From assembly GCA_030167865.1 (NCBI GenBank), contig JALAGF010000359.1, positions 1 to 35,947 of the forward strand: a DNA stretch of 35,947 bases. Direction: 5' to 3'. The translations under genes and the position numbers were made by a program. Of the stretch, positions 9,063 through 20,400 are shown in pieces (position 1 is the first letter of the stretch; every line of letters starts with the position of its first letter). The notes under the pieces were generated by a model. That model had not been told where the DNA came from and did not search any database. It saw only the letters and a list, made by a program, of their open reading frames with translations. The DNA is from Craspedostauros australis (taxonomy: Eukaryota).

Positions 9063-10958
9063 CCTGATGCCAAATAGTGGTGTCGCTCCTGATGGTACCG
9101 TTTATGGTGCTGCTGGCACCAATTTCGAGCTCAAGGGCGTCGACGTGCGAGGAGGCGACACCGCGGATGAAGATGACGATGTCGAAGTCGAAGTCGATGT
9201 ACGTGCTTTCCACAATTTCTCTTTCTTCGCAATTTGGTTCACTTGCTCGTCGTTCATCCGATCCCAATCGCATGGGATGCTCTCAATGGCTTCTCTACTG
9301 ATGATGATGATGATGGCGATGGCGATGTTGTGAACCCAGATAGAGAATAGCAGAGGTCGAGACTGACTGAGAGGCGGATGCTTGGATGCCCATGGACACA
9401 GATGCTCGAAAAACGCGGATACAGAAACAGATTCTGCCTGGCAACGAACACGCACACATCCACGATGATGTTTGTGGAGAAAACGTCAACAAACACGCGT
9501 GACTCGATGATTCCGTCGCAATCACGACACGTACGCTTGTGCGAAGGTTGCGACGCGCCAACCGACTTCTATGATAAAAACGTCGTCGAAGAAAGGCGAA
9601 GGCGAGTCCGACGAACTGTCAATGACCAGGAGAAATGACAGTGAATCGCGAAGGTGGCCCAAAGAGTGATCGAAGTAGTCATGCTCATTCATGATAAATT
9701 CAGTCATGAATACCGAGATTCACAAAACGAACGTGAAACGCCAACTTGCGAAATCAGCCGAAACGATGCTTTCTCATCAATGATGCCATCTCCTGCGAGC
9801 AGGCTACCACCTTCGGACGTACTCGCTCACATGCACGCGTCATCATCCTCCCTGCTTCCCCACTTTGTATTGCCAGATCGTGAATGTCGCTGTGGATATT
9901 GTCTCAGTTTCGCCGTTGCGTTGTTCTCCACACTGCTGCAGTTAAATCTACCGAGGAGGTGGATTGGAGCGAGAACTTGGGTCTCCCTCTGTTCTCTGCA
10001 TCGCATGCGATGGTGATCGTCTCGAACTCTCGTGACAGGAGCACCCACAGAGCTCATTTGTCTTGCGCGTGTGTGGTTTGCATCGATTTCTGCAGTGGGT
10101 GGAAACGATGGTGTCCTCTATCCACAGTTGGATCTGTGGAAGCTGGCCACGTTGGATGGATCAAAGCGGTCTCTTTGGAAGCGACTTCCATGAACAGGAC
10201 AACACAATGATGCAACGTCAGACTGACACAGCGTCGCAAGCATCCGCACAGGAAGACATCGCGAAGGCATGCCTTACAGCAAGTGGCACGATTGCCAATC
10301 TCAACATGTCTTTTGTGAGACTTTGGTGATTCTGTTGTGATCACTTCACTCCTCGTGTGCGCTTGAGTTTGCACCGACAAGTGATAATGACGGCTTTTGG
10401 TTGAAACGGTAAATATTGTATTTAATTTTATTACTCTCTGTGCAGTTTTGACGTTATTTGGAACTATCGTAAGAAGTGTGGAATGACAACGACAACACGG
10501 TCCAGGAGAATACAATTATATATGCTTACAGAGTATTTGCCGTATATTCCAAATGCCTCGCTTCGGGTTTCTCGTATTCCCGAAACTGTTTGCGCCAACA
10601 AGCCTTGATCTGGTCTTGACAATGGGAACTGTTCTCTCGACGAAAACTGCACGCATCTCTTGAGTCGAGGGTACGATTCGGACACAAACTCTCGTTTCTT
10701 TTGTCGCACCGCCGGCGACGTTGCGGATACAACCCAACATCACAAAGAAACAAACGATCAGCAAACACAGAGCCAGAGACGATACAAGCGACGAGTGGAG
10801 ACAAAATACCCACAAGGCGATTGGGAGTCACAAATTTAGCAACCGTCACAACTGCAAACAAAGCCGTGACCACAGCCACAGTCATTGACACATTACCGAC
10901 GACGCGTTGCCAGCAACGCGTTACCAACAGCAACATCAACTCTGGTGGCAGCAGCAAC

Positions 10959-13656
10959 ATGAATACCAATACCAGCATCAACTGCTGCCGCGCGCACTCC
11001 TTTGATGACCTTTCCGCTCGCGCGGATATGCGCACGGATGTCGACGCCCACATCAACCAAGGTTTCAACGACATCTGGATCAATCAGTATCCAAACTCGG
11101 CATGGTCTCAGACTCAGGCGCATGCTCAGCCACCGGAACAGGCTCAAGTTCAGAATGGAACTCAGCAAGCCCAGCGTGGTTCCAGTGAGAACGTCTTCTG
11201 TTGCGGCGGCAACGAGGACTGGTTTTCGTTGTCCCATCCCCGTGACGCCGCGATGAACAGGAATATGGTCGATGATGATATCGGCGCGGATATGGACTTG
11301 GGCTTGGGAATTGAGCTGGAGATGGACAACAAGATGAGTGACAAAGAGTCCAAATCCCTAAAGGAGCTGTTCGATGCACACCGAGGGCCTGGTTCAGTTT
11401 TGCCAGACGGTCAGCGGCAGGGCGCCGTCACTCTCAATGCCACAATGGCTTCCGCAACGAGCCCCGCGACCACTGCAACAGAAAATGACGCCGTCACGAA
11501 TGACAACTCAAGGCAGCTGGGTGCAATCAACGAAACTTCGAACGGGGTTGGCAACGGTGCGGCGAGTGCGGGGTTGCAGCAAACAGAGAAATCGGGCAAC
11601 GGCAGGACGTTCGCCTTCAGCACCAAGCTCTTCAATCTGAACAAGAACAAGAACAAGTCTGACGCCACCGAGCCGGAGAAGATACTGACTGGTGATCAGC
11701 TCTTGGCGAAGGACATGCAACAGTTGTCGATGGATGAACGCGAGGACGTCTACAACGATATCCATGGCGTCGCAACAATGCATGACGAGGACCCAGCGTT
11801 CATCAGGGATACTATGGAACGGCTGCATCGTGCGCTGCATCGCAAGAAGAATGCGATCTACGAAAAGGCAGTCTTCCTCAACCCAGCCTACGTCAAGGGC
11901 ACGAAGTTCTGTCTCATGTTCCTCCGTTGTGGCGAATTCAACATTCCCAACACCGTCTCGCGGATCATCCAGCACTTCGAGCTGAAGGCGGAGATGTTTG
12001 GCGTGGACACATTGGGCCGACGTATCGTCTGGGATGATCTGGACGAAGGTACGAAATCAATCTGCAACAACGGATCGTTGCAGATGTTCTCGTCATCGTG
12101 CCGCGATCGATCGGGACGTGGCCTCTTCTACACGATCTACTCATATCGCAATGATCACGTCCACGATGACGAGACGGAGCATCCTGATGATGGAATTGAT
12201 GGCGATGCCCACGCGATGGACGAAGGAGATGCTGCGAAAGTTGATAACCATGGTGGCAGCAGCAACCCGAATGGTGGTGCCAAAAGCAAACAAAGCACAA
12301 ATGGAGGCAAAAATGCAGTCAAGAGGGATCCCAGGCATCGGAAGGAGTGGAACTATGCCAAGGCATTTTGGTACACGGTGATGATGGGCGTGCAAGATGA
12401 TGAGCTGACGCAGCGCAAGGGTGGCGTGGGGGTCTTGTATGTCGTTGGCGTCTCCATCACAGACTTCTCACGTGCGTTGCTGGCCGAAAGCAAGAAAATG
12501 GTCGTGACTGGTCTTCCAATCCGTCCTTCCGGTGCACACATTTGCTTTGGCGACCTTCGTTTACGGCAGGTGTTTGCCATGCTGCTGAAGGCAACTCCAA
12601 AACAAGTGCGGTGAGTGGCGGCGCCTCCACCCTTGGGAGATGTTTGTTTGCTGTCCTTCAGATCTTGGAAGTTCTTGCCTGATTGGCACCGGTCGGTGAT
12701 TCTCTTTTGTGGTTCGGACAATCAACTTTGACGTCCGTGCATGATTCATGTGATGTGGCATGATGCGCTGAATCCCTTGCATGCAACACATCACGCCACA
12801 ACTGGGAGTGACAATCATTGCATGCGCGCTTGGGCCGACGCTCTCTGTTGATTCGCATTCTCACAACTCATCGACCCTCGCTATCAACCACGAACACGTA
12901 TTCTGACGTTGCCTTCTTGCGTGTTGCTCTTGTACGACTGTTCATGTGTGTGCGAACTCACTCTTGTGATCATCCATTGCTCTTCCTTTCTTGCATGTTG
13001 CGTACTCTATGATTCTTTGTACCTCGGATGCGGAACTCCGATGATACTCGTGGAACACTCATGCGTGCGCATTCCGTGCGATTACGATCCTTCCCTTCGC
13101 ACACAACACACAAACATCCACGAAAATTCTCTTCCACTCTCCCAACATACGTAATGAAACCACAAGGTTGCACATGAGACTACACGTCGGATCGCATCTG
13201 GAATGCCAGTACGCGCTGAATGCATACGGCATCACAGATGACATGCTGCCGTTCGACCAGAACGGGAACCTGAAGGAATCCGACTTCAGAAAGCGGTTGG
13301 ATGATGCTATCGATGCGGAGAAGCAGGTGACGGAGCCTGGCGTATGTGCACAGGAAAAGGACATCCTGCTGGGGCGTGGCATCCCGTACAGGCAGCACCC
13401 TGGTAACAGCCATCTGCTGCGCGTGGTGGAATCTTTCCAGACTATCCACGCCAACGCGTCGACGCGGGCCGTGAAGACCAACCTATTCCAGGACATCGTG
13501 GACATCCTGCGGGGGCAGGGCTCCAAGTTCTTGAAACGAGTGGACGTTGGAGGTCCCAACGAACGATGGGAGGAGGTGAACGACAAGCTAGCTCGCGAGC
13601 GAGTTGCCATGTGCTTTCGCAACCGATCCAGAAAAGATAAGGCTGCCGCAACATGA
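10959..13656 (+). CDS. CRAL-TRIO/Sec14-like + DUF6824-domain protein (paralogue B), two exons 10959-12610 and 13167-13656, ~713 aa
   Basis: Exon 1 has LLAKDMQQLSMDEREDVYNDIHGV, FCLMFLRCGEF, RDRSGRGL, FWYTVM...TQRKG. Joining GTGAGT at 12611 to AAG at 13166 gives in-frame KQVR|LHMRLHVGSHLECQYALNAYGI, collinear with paralogue C (RNRSHFGSHLECQYSLNSFGI). Exon 2 has DILLGRG..PGN...GSKFL...WEEV...AREV-type end (ARERVAMCFRN). The start codon is the first in-frame ATG and is uncertain. Confidence 0.85.
12611..13166 (+). other. Spliceosomal GT-AG intron (556 bp, phase 2) in paralogue B
   Basis: Donor CG|GTGAGT and acceptor CACAAG|G. Splicing restores the reading frame and the alignment to two intronless paralogues. 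Confidence 0.8.
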
Positions 13657-14462
13657 GGAATCGGGTATGGCGGATCGGTACAACAGCACCGATTCCAGCG
13701 GCAGGGAACGAAATTACTCCAGAGCAGTCTACTTGCTTGATTGGGACATTGTCGCGCGCTCTATCTGGCATGCTGCTTGTTCTGGTACGACTGCAATGTT
13801 GCGGTACCAGTTCTGTTCATTCTTGCTTTGCCCCTGTCCATCACAGGCACGCTACAAGCCTGTAAATGCAAAATCGCATGGTACGAGGTGAAATAGATCA
13901 AGGCTGGAATTAGCTCTTATCCAAATCTTCAGACTTGCATCGCAACGGTTTCAAACGTGTACGTGCGAGAGATGATTGTGCGAAGGATTTGATCTTGGCA
14001 CTTCGGAAGCTGCAATCTACGCTGGGTTGGCCTTGGATGCAATGCGGTGTTGGACAACTTCGTACAGTGTGTGCTGTGCTTTCTTCTGCCATAGATCGTG
14101 TCGTGGGTGATCGTGTCGTGTTGATCGTCTTGGATCCGTGATGCCACACTAACTGGAATAGTAGCCGATGAAGTATGGTACCGTGGACGACTGTCTTCTT
14201 TGGCATGTCCCCTCATAACGTATGTGGAAAAGGTGGTTGCAATCCGCACGGACGCTTCCAAGGCCTCTACGTACTCAATGAACACTTCGGTTGGCGTGTT
14301 GCACTCACACTCATGCCCAAAAAGTGACCATCAACCTGTTGTTGCTAGTTGGAGTTACTCTACGATTCGTGGTTGCTGTATGGTATGATTTGTGGTGGTT
14401 GTTGCGACGCTGCGATGTTATCTGTACTCATGCGCACGGATTCTGCGATGTCTATCGCACCA

Positions 14463-17400
14463 TCAAGCGCTGGGAGGCACCGTCGGCGTGAAGTTGCCGT
14501 TGTCCTTGGATTCGTTATTCTCATCATCGTTGTCGGTTCTGTTGTTTGCCGTTGGCTTGGGCGGGGCCGGGATTGCCACGGGGGCCGATGATGCGTAGCC
14601 GTCGAGCTTGCTGAAGATGAGGGCCTTGCGTTCCATGCTGCGCAAGCTGTGCTCGCTGCCGCCATCGAGCTGCGATGTGTGGCGTTGCTTTGGCGCATTC
14701 GTCATGCTGCTGGATCTGCGCGGTGGCAGTCGGTTGGGCGTCGGGCGCGTGCGGCGATGCGACGACATGGTGCTGCGGTTATAACGCATGGTGTTGTCGA
14801 TGTGGTTCGCTGGGAAGCCGCCCTTGCGCTGGCTGTTGTGCATCGAGACGGATCGTCGGATAGAGGCGGGAGGTGCCACGCCTTCCAGCACGTCAATGGG
14901 TTGCATCGTCGGTCTGCGTTTGACCTTCGATTTGGGGGTCCCGTTGGTGCGTGTGGAATGGCCGGACGATACGGACGATGTGGAGTTGGCGCTGTTGCGC
15001 TTGACGGAGCCGTGCTTGCTGAGCCTGCCCGTCTTCCTGATCATGGAGGTGGGGGAGACGGCGAAGCTGTTGTTGGCGCCGCTGTTTTGGAAATGCGATG
15101 GCAAGCAGTCGACAGGGCGGACCTTCTCGATGTTGACGTCGGCCTCCGCCAGACCGCGCGGCGTCTTGCGCGAGCGACGGGAGCGGCGGCTGGGTGTGGA
15201 GGGCTCTCCCGGCGGTGCGGGCGTAGTGGACGAGGCATTGAAGTTGTTGCCCGCATTCTTTGTGTGGGCGCTTCCGTTGAACGAGAGCGAGTCGATCGAA
15301 CGAAGGGATCGCAGCGAGGATGAGGAGCCGTTGTGCCTCATCTTGGTGGGGGCCGCGTCGGTACTGCCACCGCTGCCGCTGTGGTTGCTTGGAGTCTTGT
15401 TCTCCAGAGACTTGCGGTCATGGCGGCTCAGCTGGGGGCTGGTGGAGACCGGGACGATCGAGACGAGCGGTCCTGCGCCGCTGGTGCTGTGGTCCTTGCT
15501 GCTGGCACTGGAGGAAAGGGGCGTCGTGTCGGTCGTCGCCACGGTGCCACCGATCAAGGAATCCTCTCCAAAGCTCTTGGTGGTGTCGTCGTCGCGGCTG
15601 CCGAAGTGGAAGCTGTCGTCGTCGCCGCTGTCCATGCCGTTGGCCGCGAGCGTGAAGGGCAGCAGCTGGCTCTGCAGGTGGATGATCTTCTGCTCCTGCT
15701 TGCAGACCTCGTGCTCGAGCTGCGAGATGTGGACCTCCTTCTTGACGACGGCCTCCTGGGTTTCCAGCAGCTTGGCGTGCTGCTTCTGGCGCTGCCTGGT
15801 GGCATCGATGAATCGCTGCTTGTAGTAGGCCATCTCCGTCGTCATGGTGGCCAGCTCGTGGATGGAGTTCCACTTGAGGAGCTCCTGCAGCTGTTCGATC
15901 TGCGCGGCCTGCGCGTCGAGGTGCTCCTGGTGCTGGCGATTCTGCTGTTGCAGGTGCTCGATGGTGTCGAGGTACTCGTCCTCGCGTTGCTTGGCCTGCT
16001 TCTGCAGCTGGTGCAGCTTGGCCTGCTGCTGCTCCTGCAACTGCTGGTGTTGTTGCTGCTGTTGCTGCAGCTGCGCCGCCGCGATGTCGTGCTTGCTGGT
16101 GCGTCCGCTGAAGCGGCGACGGAACTTCTTCTTGGTGGACTTGGAGGATCCCACGCTGGAGGAGTCGGCCAGGCTCATGGTGCCCGTGGCGCCGATGCTG
16201 TCCTGATCGTCGGCGTCGTTGAGCTCGTTGCGCGCGGCCGCCCTGGCCTTGGACTGGGCCACCATGGCGCTCTGCGGTCCCATGCTGCCGCGCCGACGCA
16301 CGACGCCGTGCAGCTTGCGCATGAGCTTGCTCTTGGTGCTCTTGTTGGACGCGGTGGATCCCACGGAGACGTTGCAGTTGAGGTTGTCGTGGTTGCCGGC
16401 GGCTGCCGCAGCTGCGGCCATGGCCTTGTACTGCTCCTTGGTGCGGACGTCGACGGCCGGGTTGTTGTCGCTGTTGCCGTTCTCGATGGAGGCTTGCTGC
16501 TCGTGCAGGAGGATCTGGAACTGCTCGATGAGGGAGGTGATCTGGGGCTTTTCCAGCTGGGCCTTGGATTCCTCCTTCTCGAAGTGCTCGTCGAGCCGCA
16601 TGGTGTTCGGTTTGGCGCGATTGCCATCGTTGCTGCTGCCTGCGTGCCTGCCCGTGCCGCGTCTCCGGATGGAGAACTGCTTGTCAAGGTGCTGAGGCCT
16701 GCTTCCATTGCCGCTGCTGTGGTTGCTGCTGCTGGTCATCTGTGCGTCCAACCTGGAGGGAGTCTGATCGACGTCACCTGGCGCGGGAGCCTCGAATCGG
16801 TCACGAGCGCTCTGAAAGCCCCCTCCGTGCGTGGCATCGCTGGTGTGCAGCGATCCATGCGCGCCATCACCCGCATCCTGAGCATGCTCGTACGACGAGC
16901 TGGGGGCGGCCGGTTCGTATCCGTAGATGTAGGCCTGCTCATCGTGATGGGTGTCCTTGCGCGCGGCGCCATTGGCCCGCGGGAGTGCCTTCTTCTGTTT
17001 GCCGCGCGGTGTGGTGAGGCTTCTTGCTTGGTTGTTGCTGTTGTTGCTGTGGCTGTTGTTGCTGTAACTGTGGCTGTCCTGATATCCCATCATGAGGGCG
17101 GTGGTGTCGGGACTGCCGGAGGACAGAAAGCCGATGTCGCCGAAGGGGCTGCTGGCATCAAAGTCGGTGCTGAGGAGCTCCTTGTTGATCTGCTCGTGCA
17201 GGGCCGCAATGTCCGTGGAGTTGAAGCACGTGCGGTCCTTCCACGATGACTTTTGCGCCATGATGTTTCGGTCTGTGACATCCACGGCTGCGCGCGATGT
17301 CGGTCCGTCGATGTTCATGCTGGTGGTGGATTGCGGTGCCTCTGTTGCGCCGTGAGCGTGCATCATTGTGGGATCGTCCATTGCGGCGGGATCTTGGGTT

Positions 17401-17468
17401 TCGGGCAGCGTGGAAGCAGGCGCAGAAGTGGAGATGTGGGCATTCTCGTACATGACGGAACCTTGCAT
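14463..17468 (-). CDS. Hypothetical ~1001-aa protein with central coiled coil/poly-Q and Ser/Arg-rich disordered flanks
   Basis: Long ORF (open to 17828; first ATG at 17468, MQGSVMYENA) with strongly GC3-biased codons. Heptad-like segment QQQAKLHQLQKQAKQREDEYLDTIEHLQQ...KIIHLQSQL (~15665-16075). No enzyme motif recognised. Confidence 0.8.
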   Translation of the reverse strand: MQGSVMYENAHISTSAPASTLPETQDPAAMDDPTMMHAHGATEAPQSTTSMNIDGPTSRAAVDVTDRNIMAQKSSWKDRTCFNSTDIAALHEQINKELLSTDFDASSPFGDIGFLSSGSPDTTALMMGYQDSHSYSNNSHSNNSNNQARSLTTPRGKQKKALPRANGAARKDTHHDEQAYIYGYEPAAPSSSYEHAQDAGDGAHGSLHTSDATHGGGFQSARDRFEAPAPGDVDQTPSRLDAQMTSSSNHSSGNGSRPQHLDKQFSIRRRGTGRHAGSSNDGNRAKPNTMRLDEHFEKEESKAQLEKPQITSLIEQFQILLHEQQASIENGNSDNNPAVDVRTKEQYKAMAAAAAAAGNHDNLNCNVSVGSTASNKSTKSKLMRKLHGVVRRRGSMGPQSAMVAQSKARAAARNELNDADDQDSIGATGTMSLADSSSVGSSKSTKKKFRRRFSGRTSKHDIAAAQLQQQQQQHQQLQEQQQAKLHQLQKQAKQREDEYLDTIEHLQQQNRQHQEHLDAQAAQIEQLQELLKWNSIHELATMTTEMAYYKQRFIDATRQRQKQHAKLLETQEAVVKKEVHISQLEHEVCKQEQKIIHLQSQLLPFTLAANGMDSGDDDSFHFGSRDDDTTKSFGEDSLIGGTVATTDTTPLSSSASSKDHSTSGAGPLVSIVPVSTSPQLSRHDRKSLENKTPSNHSGSGGSTDAAPTKMRHNGSSSSLRSLRSIDSLSFNGSAHTKNAGNNFNASSTTPAPPGEPSTPSRRSRRSRKTPRGLAEADVNIEKVRPVDCLPSHFQNSGANNSFAVSPTSMIRKTGRLSKHGSVKRNSANSTSSVSSGHSTRTNGTPKSKVKRRPTMQPIDVLEGVAPPASIRRSVSMHNSQRKGGFPANHIDNTMRYNRSTMSSHRRTRPTPNRLPPRRSSSMTNAPKQRHTSQLDGGSEHSLRSMERKALIFSKLDGYASSAPVAIPAPPKPTANNRTDNDDENNESKDNGNFTPTVPPSA
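16005..16073 (-). repeat. CAG/CAA-rich coding repeat (poly-glutamine tract)
   Basis: The plus strand reads ...ctgctgctgctcctgcaactgctggtgttgttgctgctgttgctgcagctg, encoding QLQQQQQQHQQLQEQQQ. Confidence 0.7.
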
Positions 17469-20400
17469 GGTGTGCTTTCTTGCTGTTCCTGTTGATCTTG
17501 CTGTTGATCTTGAGGGATCTCTTCGCTTTCGCTGCGATCTAATACGCGTTGTCCTTGCCGACTGGGAATTGTCCAACGAAGTGTCGTAGAGTATGAGCTC
17601 CGAAACTGCCTGTTTGGATTCCTTTCGTTCGTGGGTGTTGCCGTTGCTCTCGTTCTTGCTACTGTTCGTCCTCGGAAACAAGCAAGATGGCAAGGGAAGA
17701 CGGTATTGAGTGTCTTCCTCCCGATCTCTTCTATGCTTTACGTTGTTGCGTTGCGTTGTTGCGTTGCGTTGCGATGTGGATGATGCCGAAGGTGTGAGCT
17801 CAAGAGAGGATGAGATGCAATGAGTCAATCAGTCAATGAAATGGTTCGTCCAGTTGTTCTCCTCTGCTTTGGTTGCGTTTGTGGTGGCTTGTGGCTTGGT
17901 GGGGCTTGCGGTTCCTACTCTGCGTTGCTTGTGTTGTCGTCTCTGTTTGTGTATGGGACGATTGCGGAATTGGATCGAGTTGGGCCAGACCAACTATTGT
18001 ATGGTTCCTCCGACTGTGTATGGGATGGTAATAGAGCAGCGTTCGTGCCTGTATGCCTCCCCGCATTCATGGCACTTCTCGCGAGTTGTTAGTCGACGGT
18101 CTCCCACATAACCATGATCTTACTGCGCCACGCACAGCGCGACTTCCACATCCATGCCGCGCGCTGAGTCTTGATGCGAAATCATGGTGGGCGGAAGCAG
18201 TTGCGTTTTTCGTTGCCATGATCTGTCTTCGTTTACGTGACGAGTCACTTCACGACACAATCCTTTTGCCAACGCCATGGTCGTGATTTCTCGGAAACGC
18301 TCACTTTGTAACTAGGCCGGGGAATCCGTCCCAAGACACTTTCTCCGAATGGATTTTAATGTCGAATATGACTAAATGATGGTCGTGAAAAGCCCAGCGC
18401 GTACTCATCACTAGCCGAAAACGAAAAACGCAGTTGGGCCGATGCGCGAGTCATGCCGCATGGACCAAAGAAACTGGTTCGTGCCGCTGACATTCATATC
18501 TATCAATCGACATAGCAATCCTGTCCCAAACTGGGCAATCGCCAGGCCGGTACAACCATTGCGCGGACGTGCAACCACGGTCTGGATAGGTACCTGGTGC
18601 TGGCTTCCGTACCCCAGCTGATTCGCACTATGGTGCATTCCAACACGTACAAAAATGCTTCACCGAATTCCGTCACAGTTGCCAGCAGCGACGTGGCTTT
18701 GGTTCTCAGCAACAGGTTAGCTATCACTTCGGCCATGTCGGCAGCCGTCAATCTCGTACTCTTGGCGTGTGCCATTACCAGACCGTGCCCATGCCTGTCT
18801 CCGTCTCCGTCTCCATCTCCATCGTCGTTGCGATCACTGCCAAGACACCAAGAGCAATGCCGTTGGACCAAGACCAGTAGAGCCCCTTCGCGCTGAAGGC
18901 AGCGCCAAGATGCGCTTTGATACAATGGCATCCATCTTGATAAAGACATTTGGGCGCCACCCAAGAGTGTTGCAAACATCATTTCGGAAGGCACCACCAG
19001 ACGGACTCGGAAAGCAACCGCGACCTTCGCTCTCTCCGTTGCCGTACGACATCATGATTTTGGAACCTCCAGTACGGAAAGTGAACGCGGAATGTACGAA
19101 ACATACGCGTAGACATGCGAAGGTTACTGCTGCCTGTAGCGCACCCCACTCCACTGGTGACATTATGTCCGCTAGGAAGGGGATGGACTTTCTTCTACTT
19201 CATGGCCGTTCCTTGTTCCTTACCGGATCTCATGACAGGGGCGGGGGCGCCGTTGGTGGGGAGACTGATGTTTTGTCTGGCCTTGAAGTCCGACTGGCGA
19301 GTAGCTGGAGGTCAGGAGGGTGCTTGTTCCACTCAGGAAGTATCCGGACTTGTGCACAGGCACGAAGGACGCAGGAACCCACACCAGTATTCAAATCGAG
19401 CTGGAATGAATGGAAAGTTCAGCAGAAACCTGGTTCTCACCGGATCAGTGTGCGTAGGTGCGCAATTCGGATGCCTGCTGACGTCGAGCAGCACCCTGGT
19501 ATGGTACTTCCCCGCCTTGGAAGAGCACTTGCAGCCTTGCTGATGTGAGCCATTGGGCAGTTCGTTTCCGCTTCTCCACCGATCTTGTTGGATTCATGAT
19601 GGTGTTTGGTACGACCTAGATGATGTCAGTACGGCGCGATTGCTGAAAGGAGATGGGATGTGCTCCGCTCCTCAACAATCCATGGTTGATCAAGCCCTTC
19701 CGTAGTCATCCGAATAAACACGCATACACACGAACACACCGCAAACCGTTGATACCCCTCCGTCCACCACACCAACCACGCCTTCGTCTGTGTGTACGAA
19801 TAAACTGTGTGGCTAAATTGGCCCAGGGCCGAGATACTCTATTGGTATAATTGGTAGTGGTGGATGAGGCTTGTATAGCTGCGGCGGAAATAGCGGGTGT
19901 GCACGACGGAAGTTCGACCTTTCGCCAAACACAGACCCAGGTCTTCACCATGACTACCATGCCCGTCGGTCGTGCGACGATGCTTCGGGATTGCAGTCAC
20001 CCTTTCGTGTCAAACCGATGCGCCGTCTTCTGTATCATCCAGGAAATCCCGGACCATGGATTGAACCACTCTCCCAAACCATTCCGCACAGTTCTGCAAA
20101 GGAGATGGACGGCAGGTGGTGACAAGGGGCTGAACCCACGCCCCTCACCATCCCATGGCATACCATGTCGTGGTTGCCGCACCGTGCTCACCAGTACTTA
20201 CATACGATGTCCGATCAGTCGGCATCCACCCTGATCGAAGATGCACACACAGGCCTCATGCAAATGCCATGACAGTTGTAGTTGGTCGGCCAGTGCGGCA
20301 CCGTTCCAAGTGTCTGCGGTTACCCGGCTGCCTGCCCACCCACGCAAGTACTCGTATCAGTACTCATCTGCTCGTGGACCCATTTGCTCTCATTTGCTCT

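Noticed and set aside
10701-10958. N-terminal extensions from TTG/GTG starts (also 17469-17828 and 25690-25857)
   Set aside because: The ORF track uses bacterial alternative starts; these segments look like 5' UTRs, so the first in-frame ATG was used.
14788-17249. 638-aa and 345-aa plus-strand ORFs
   Set aside because: Antisense shadows of the coiled-coil gene; their Leu/Val-rich composition mirrors Gln/Glu/Asp codons.
17483-17772. Short tandem repeats (ctgttgatcttg x2 at 17489-17512; gttgc array at ~17744-17772)
   Set aside because: Ordinary microsatellite-type repeats in a 5' leader.
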